NCBI GenBank assembly: GCA_951406725.2
Contig: OX597833.1
Coordinates: 61,690,001 to 61,754,000, forward strand
Source: Octopus vulgaris
Lineage: Eukaryota
Length of the DNA stretch: 64,000 bases
Direction: 5' to 3'
A model generated the notes under the pieces. That model did no database searches and was not told where the DNA came from. It was given only the letters and a program-made list of their open reading frames with translations. The translations under genes were made by a program, and so were the position numbers. Each line of letters begins with the position of its first letter. The first letter of the stretch is position 1. Of this stretch, positions 52,101 through 60,750 are shown piece after piece.

Positions 52101-53170
52101 TATACATACATATATACACAAGCTTGGTGAAGGCTTTTTTTTCTTTGAGGAAGACCAACAATTGTCTTTGCATACGAGTCTTCCTTCCCCATCCATACTG
52201 CTGTTGTTTATTCAAAGGAAAAGTCACCACCTCAGGGCCCAGCAAATTAGCAATTCAAGTTAGTAATTCATGTTAGTAGCTTAGCAGTTCAACTTAACAA
52301 CTTAGCAATTTAAATATAGAAGTTAGTGGTCCAGCTTAGCAGCTTTAGCACTTCAACTTAGCTGCAGTCCAACAGAGCATGTTAGCAGTCCAGCTTAGCA
52401 GGTTAGCTGTTCCACTTAAGAACTTAGCAGTCCAACAGAGCAAGTTAGCAGTCCAGCTTAGCAGTTCTGCTTAGCAATCCAGCTTAGCAGTCCTGCTTAG
52501 CAATCCAGCTTAGCAGTCCTGCTTAGCAATTCAACTTAGTAGTTCAGCTTAGCAGTCCTGCTTAGCAATCCAGCTTAACAGTCCTGCTTAGCAATCCAGC
52601 TTAGCAGTCCTGCTTAGCAATTCAACTTAGTAGTCCAGCTTAGCAGTCCTGCTTAGCAATCCAGCTTAACAGTCCAGCTTAGCAGTCCTGCTTAGCAATC
52701 CAGCTTAGCAGTCCTGCTTAGCAATTCAACTTAGTAGTCCAGCTTAGCAGTCCTGCTTAGCAATCCAGCTTAGCAGTCCTGCTTAGCAATCCAGCTTAAC
52801 AGTCCAGCTTAGCAGTCCTGCTTAGCAATTCAACTTAGTAGTCCAGCTTAGCAATCCAGCTTAGCAGTCCTGCTTAGCAATCCAGCTTAACATTCCGGCT
52901 TAGCAGTCCTGCTTAGCAATTCAACTTAGTAGTCCAGCTTAGCAAGTTAGCTGTTCCATTTAACAACTTAGCAGTCCATTATTTTTATCAAGATTTAACA
53001 ACATTGAACACTTGTTAACTGAGTGCTCCAGTTGCCCAGAAATTCTCATGGATGATATCCAGTCTCATTGGCCTGGACTGAACAGTAGTGTCCAGTCACG
53101 CTTCTAAGACATATTTTCAGCTGATGAGAATGATGTCTCCCCACTCTATAATGTTACCTTACTTACACTG

Positions 53171-53204
<34 letters not shown>

Positions 53205-55009
53205 TTCTTTGTAATTTTCTTTCTCTTTTTTTTTCCAGATCCAAAATGGTGTATTTGTTTCTCTGTAAGTAAAATGAATGCTTTAATCTTTTATCTTTTA
53301 CTTGTTTCTGTTATTGGACTGCGTCCATGCTGGAGCACCAGTTTGAAGGTTGTCAAACTGATCGACTTTTGTGCTTATTTTTGAGTCTAGTACTTACTCT
53401 AGCGGTCGAACCTCTAATTAAGCTACAGAGATGTAAACAAACCAACACTGGTTGTCAAGTGATGCTGGGGGCGGGTACAAAAACACACACACACGCACAC
53501 ACAAATAGTTCCACTCATTTACTATTAGCCAAATTCTCTCACATGGCATTGGCTGACCTGGGGCTACAGTAGAAGATACTTGTCCAAGTAACCGCACAGT
53601 GAGATTGAACCCAAGACAAGGTGATTGCCAAGCAAACTTCTTAGCTATGCCTGTGCCTGTACTCATGGAAAATATAATGTCCCAATTATTAGATTCTTTT
53701 CTACTCAAGGAACCAGGCCAAAAATTTTTGGGAGGGGGCCAGTTGATTAGATTGACCCCACTACACAACTGGCACTTAATTTATTGACCCTGAAAGAATG
53801 AAAGACAAAGTCGACCTCGGCGGAATTTGAACTGAGAGCGTAAAGACAGACGAAATACAGCTAAGCATTTCACCTGGATGCTAACGTTTCTTATTTCTTT
53901 ATTGCCCACAAGGGGCTAAACATAGAGGGGACAAATGAGGACAGACAAAGGGTTTAAGTTGATTAGATCGACCCCAGTGCATGACTGGTACTTAATTTAT
54001 TGACCCCGAAAGGATGAAAGGCAAAGTTGACCTCGGCGGAATTTGAACTCAGAACGTAAAGACAGACGAAATACCACTAAGCATTTTGCCCAGCATACTA
54101 ACGTTTTTGCCAGCTCGCTGCCCTTAAATATATACTTTTCTACTCTAGGCGCAAGGTCCAAAACTTTTGGGGAGGGGGCCTGTCGATTAGATTGACCCCA
54201 GTACAAAACTGGTACTTAATTTATCGACCCCAAAAGGAAGAAAGACAAAGTCGACCTTGGCGGAATTTGAACTGAGAATGTAAAGACAGACAAAATATCG
54301 CTAAGCATTTCGCCCGGTGTGCTAACGATTCTGCCAGCTCGCTGCCAATTATTAATATTGTGTCAGCAAAAATTAAAATCATAACCCCCATCTTTTTCTG
54401 ATCAATGTCACCAGGCTCAAAGGTCATATGGAGGTCAAGGTTGCCTGCACTTGCTCCTGATCAATGTCACCACTCAGAGAAATTCTGTGAAGGTGAAGGT
54501 CATTTCCCACCTCCTTATTGGTTATTGATCATCATAATTTTGTGTGTGTATGTATGTGTGTAGGTGTATGGTTGTATATGTGTGTGCATATGATTGTGTG
54601 AATGTGTGTAGGTGTATGTATGCTTCTGCATGTGTGTTTATGGCGGTGTGAATGTGTGTGTAAGTGTACATATGTTCAAGTGTGTGCGTGCATGGTAGTG
54701 AACATGTGTAAGTTTGTGTGTTGTGCAAGTGTGTTAATGTGTATGAAATTGTATGTATGTTTCTGTGTGTGTATGTATGTTTGTGTGTATATACAGTTGT
54801 GTGCGTGTATGTCTGAATGTTTGTGTGTGTTTGTATATGTATGTGTGGTGTATGTTTGTGTTATTCTGTATGCGTATACTTTCAAAATATTCCTCACACA
54901 ATATTTTACCATTCATCTACAGACAGAAGAACGCTGCCAGCCCCAAATCCTCCTATACCATTCTACAACACCATCTTCAACACCAGCACCTCCAAAGGTA
55001 AACTTTACA

Positions 55010-55094
<85 letters not shown>

Positions 55095-58000
55095 TACTTT
55101 CACTCTCTCTCTCTCTCTTATTTTCTCTCTCTCCCCTGCTTTCTCTCTCACTCTTACTATCTCTTATATCATCATCATTATCATTATCATTGTTGTTGTT
55201 GTTGTTGTTATTATTATTATTATTATTGTTATTGTTATTGTTATTATTATAATTATTACTATTATTATTTTTATTGAATGAGAGAGCAGTGCATGCCATC
55301 AAAGTGACACTGGGGTAAAATATACGAAGCCCAGTATACCCATCATGACTACCCGTCTGATAAGGGTACACTAGGCACATGCATCACAACTATATATGAT
55401 CTCATATCAAGATTAACAGCGCATGACCTTGCAGGTGGGGCCCAGTTAGAATTTCCTTCAGGTCGAGTAGCCCATCCTGCCCAAAAGGTCCCTGAATAAG
55501 GGTTGTTTAGGGATGCTGAACGAAACACCTATGTTTCCAAAGGTGAATTACCCAAACCCCAAAGAATTCCTCTCAACACATGGTTATAAGGATCCCCCAC
55601 TATTCCTGCTCCTGATCATAGATGTACATATTGCCAGCCAAGGAGGAATATATGTATCCCAGAGAAACTAGGAAGCCAGCGCTATGCTCTTTACAGAGTA
55701 ATATTGACTAACCTGAGTAAGAAAGTAAACAGTACAGGGGTGGGTGGGAAGAGTATGCAGGGGACTGGAGAAAGGAGGAAGGGATTAATGTGACGTATAA
55801 TGAGAAAGTGAGGGATGGAGGGGTAAGTGTAGGTTGTGTAGGCGGACCCAGTGCTGTCCTCATATTATAGGTTTCCTTTTACCAAACCCTTTCTCACAAA
55901 GCATTGTTTGACCCAGAGCTATGGTAGAAAACATTTGCATTTGTCCAAAGTACCATGCAGTGGGACTGAACTCAAACCCATTTGACTTCAAAGCAAATTT
56001 CTTAACTAGACAGCTATGCTTGCATCTATAAATAGTAAAGCAAAAAAATGATTATTTACATTATTTACATTTGATGGATATTTGTCCTCATCTTGTTTGT
56101 TGTTAACACATTTCGGCTGATATACCCTCCAGCCTTCATCAGGTGTCTTAGGGAAATTTCGAACCTGGGTTCTCATTCCTAAGGTACTCTTCGATGTTAT
56201 TATTATTATCATAATTATTATTGTTCAGGTCACTGCTTGGAATCGAACTCGGAATCTTGGGGTTAGTAACCCACGCTCTTAGCCACTACGCCATATGCCT
56301 GTGGGCCTCTTAAATATAGAACTGCAAAAAAATTATGTATTGTTGTTATGAATGATCTAAAATGGTGTTTTTGTTTCATTTTTCAATCTGTTTCAGAATT
56401 CTCTATGTTGACCTCTGTCCTGATCAAGACAGTGTCAAAAATTGTATCTTCCTTATGGAGAAGGGGTAAGTTTTGCATATCTATATTCTACTAAAACTCT
56501 GTGATAGCTTGTTTGCGTGTGTGTTGTCTGTAATTAAATACAGTCAAACCAGTGCATAATGGAAAAAATACTCTGAAAGTAAGTTACCCCTGAAATGTGA
56601 ATACAAATGGAATAAAACAAGTTTCATGTAAATCGGACCACAGATTCCTGAAATACACAGGTTTTTGGGGTACCTTCATAAATAGCCAAAACGGTGCATA
56701 ATGGGAAAATACTCCAAAAGTACCATAACACTGAAATGGGAATATATGATACTGTGAAAATTGTTTCCATTAATTTTATGTTTATGTTATATAACGATTC
56801 CTCTTGCATTTTTGTAGAAGTGTGTACTTATGCCATAAATAAATGCTGTTACTGGAGTTCAAGTTTTTCCCGGAAGTTCTCTTTCTATTGGATGCTGTAA
56901 ATAATCAATAAAACCTTAAATATGGACTTCCAAACCAGAAATATGATGACTCGAATGAATTGAAATATTTAACTGAATCATCATAAAATTAACTTTCATT
57001 TCAATGTAACGGTGAAATCAGCTTCCTTATTATCATTGTTAAACGTCTGCTTTCCATGCTAGCATGGGTTGGACGATTTGACTGAGGACTGGCGAACAAG
57101 ATGGCTGCGCCAGGCTCCAATCTGATCTGGCAGAGTTTTTACAGCTGGGTGCCCTTCCTAATGTCAACCACTCCGAGAGTGTAGTGGGTACTTTTACATG
57201 CCAGTCTGGCGGTACTGGCAATGGCAATGCTCGAAAGGGTGTTCTTTATGTGCCACCTGCACAGGAGTCAGTCCAGTGGCACTGGCAATGACCTCTCTCG
57301 AATGTTTTGTTCACGTGCCACCGGCACAAGTGCCAGTAAGGCGATGCTGGTAACGATCACACTCAAATGGTGCTTTTTACGTGCCCACCGGCACGGAAGT
57401 CAGACAGCTCGTCTGGCAGTGATCCTCCTTGGATAGAGCTGTTAGCGCTCCACTGGCACGGGTGCCATAAATTGAAACATCAGTGACCCAACGGGTCACG
57501 GGTAGTCTAGTTAATAATATAAACATCACCCTTTCTTCATCCTCTTCAAAGATCAAAGAGAAAGATGACTATGAGGAATTGCTTTGAACCTTCAGCTTCT
57601 ATATCCAAATTATAAATTTACATTTATACCAATAACAGTTGCTGCACTTGTTTTTATAAATCACAATCAGTCACAATCACAATTTTTATAAATCACAATC
57701 AGTCACAATCACAATTTTTATAAATCACAATCAGTCACAATCACAATTTTTATAAATCACAATTTTTATAAATCACAATCAGTCACAATCACAATTTTTA
57801 TAAATCGCAATCAGTCACAATCACAATTTTCATAAATCGCAATCAGTCACAATCACAATTTTTATAAATCTCAATCAGTCACAATCACAATTTTCATAAA
57901 TCACAATCACAATTTTTGTAAATCACAATCAATCACAATCACAATTTTTATAAATCACAATCAGTCACAATCACAATTTTCATAAATCGCAATCAGTCAC

Positions 58001-58298
58001 AATCACAATTTTTATAAATCACAATCAGTCACAATCACAATCAGTCACAATCACAATTAAGTCACAATCTGAATAAGCTAGGGTTTTCAGAGAAAGAAAT
58101 CAACCAGATAATTCACACATTACAAATACGATCTGAAAGTGGAACAGGGCTTGTCTCTAGTTTAAAATCTGAAATTTGTCTTTATTCTCTACATTCTAAC
58201 AATGGAGGTATGTGATTTTGTTAGAAACCAGCTCTTTCCTTACAGGAAGATTTCAAGTCATTAAAAGTAGAAGAAAACATATGTACGCACACACACAA

Positions 58299-58329
<31 letters not shown>

Positions 58330-58624
58330 TACACACAGAGAAGCATACACACATTCTCATACATACATACACCACACACACACGCGCACATGCACACACA
58401 CACACACTCTCATACATATACACACAGACACACACACTCTCTCATGCATACATACATAAATACATACAAACCACACACACATACATACACTCTGTTACAT
58501 ACATACACACTCTCATACATGCATACCTACATAAATACATACACCACACACGCACTCTCATAAGTACATACTCACACAGACACACACACATTCTCTCATG
58601 CATATGTACATAAATACATACATA

Positions 58625-58659
<35 letters not shown>

Positions 58660-59963
58660 TACACTCCAATACATACACACACACTTTCTTACATGCGTAC
58701 CTACATAAATGCATATACCACACAAACACACACACTCTCATACGTACATACACACACACTCTCATACACACACACACATAAATACATACACCACACACAC
58801 ACACACTCATATGCACATACACACACAGACACACACTCTCTCATGCATACATACATAAACACATACACCACACACACACGCACACACACACACACACACA
58901 GACATACACTTACACATAGGTGCTATCAACATAACACGTGTGAGCATAGCGGACTATTCAAAGTGCCTTTTTGAGTGCATTATTCTGCAATTATGCTAAT
59001 TCCTGCAGCCTAAATAACCGGTTTATTTCTTCAATTGTAATTAAGAGAAATGCTTTTTAATTACCTATGTAGTGTTATTCTGACCTGAATAACATCAAAA
59101 GGCACCCACTACACATTCGGAGTGGTTGGCATTAAGAAGGGCATTCAGCTGTAGAAACTCTGCCAGATCAGAACAGGAGTCTGGTGCAACCATCTGGTTT
59201 GCCAGTCCTCAGTCAAATCATCCAACCCATGCTAGCATGGAAAGCGGACATTAAATGATGATGATGAAAAACAGAAGTGACACTAATAACCCAGTGTCAG
59301 AACTCAATATACATATGCTCTGAGGAAGCTATAGGGTGATGTACTGATGTACAGGCACTCAGCTCAGTGCATGGGATCTTATAGAAGAAACAGCTGTAAG
59401 CTAGTGAAGTCCATTGCATAATTTCCTATCCCCTTTTCAGTCAATTATATATATATATATATATTATTATCGTCTATCTGGATGTTTTGTTGTCCCCTTT
59501 TTGAATCACCTAGTTGTCCAGATGTTTTGCGTTCTTGTCCCATTTTGTATTTTATATATATATATATACTAGCAGTATCGCCCGGCGTTGCTCGGGTTTG
59601 TAAGGGAAATAACTATATAAGCATTTTCAGAGATGTAAAGTATAATAGCCATCTCAATATGGCTAACCACAAAGAGGGGGTGTTACTGTAGCTTTTTACG
59701 TTCTGAGATTTAATAATAAATTTTTAGAGAGTTACTTCTCTTATATATGCCAAAAATACATTAAAAATGGGAAAAATTGATGGTAAATTTTTTTTTAAAT
59801 CATAGACTCATCGTAGACGCGTGCTAATACCCAGAAGGGCTCGATATGAATCACGATTATAAGATACCCGGTTTTGGTTAAACTGCACCGCAAAATGTGG
59901 GAGTAGTTAGGAATCTAAATTGTAGGAGACAGATAGCACACAACCTCACTTTTATATATAAAG

Positions 59964-59998
<35 letters not shown>

Positions 59999-60484
59999 TA
60001 CACTCACACATATATACACTCACACACATATATATGCTTCCATATTTTATATATCTCTGTACTCTCTTTTAACTCTTTTACTTGTTTCAGTCATTTGACT
60101 ATGGCCATGCTGGAGCACCACCTTTAGTCGAGCAAATCGACCCCAGGACTTATCCTGTCGGCCTCTTTTGCCGAACCGCTAAGTTACGGGAATGCAAACA
60201 CACCAGCATTGGTTGTCAAGCGATGTTGGGGAGACAAACATAGACACACACACGCATATATATATATATATACACATATATATATATATACATATATACA
60301 ACGGGCTTCTTTTCAGTTTCCGTCTACCAAATCCACTCACAAGGCTTTGGTCGGCCCAAGGCTATAGTAGAAGACACTTGCCCAAGGTGCCATGCAGTGG
60401 GACTGAACCCGGAACCATGTGGTTGGTAAGCAAGCTACTTCCCACACAGCCACATACACACATTTCATACACATATACAAACAG

Positions 60485-60542
<58 letters not shown>

Positions 60543-60719
60543 TACACATATAGGCGCAGGAGTGGCTGTGTGGTAAGTAGCTTGCTAACCAACTACATGG
60601 TTCCGGGTTCAGTCCCACTGCGTGGCATCTTGGGCAAATGTCTTCTGCTATAGCCCCTGTCCAATGCCTTGTGAGTGGATTTGGTAGACGGAAACTGAAA
60701 GAAGCCTGTCGTATATATG

Positions 60720-60750
<31 letters not shown>

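Noticed and set aside
2052-53135. Other CTGANGA occurrences as hammerheads (563, 2052, 5092-, 9159, 49092-, 53122)
   Set aside because: No correctly placed stem II + GAAA + UH + stem I.
52240-58068. CRISPR-like or telomeric arrays
   Set aside because: Tandem units with no unique spacers, no cas genes, eukaryotic intron; not TTAGGG.
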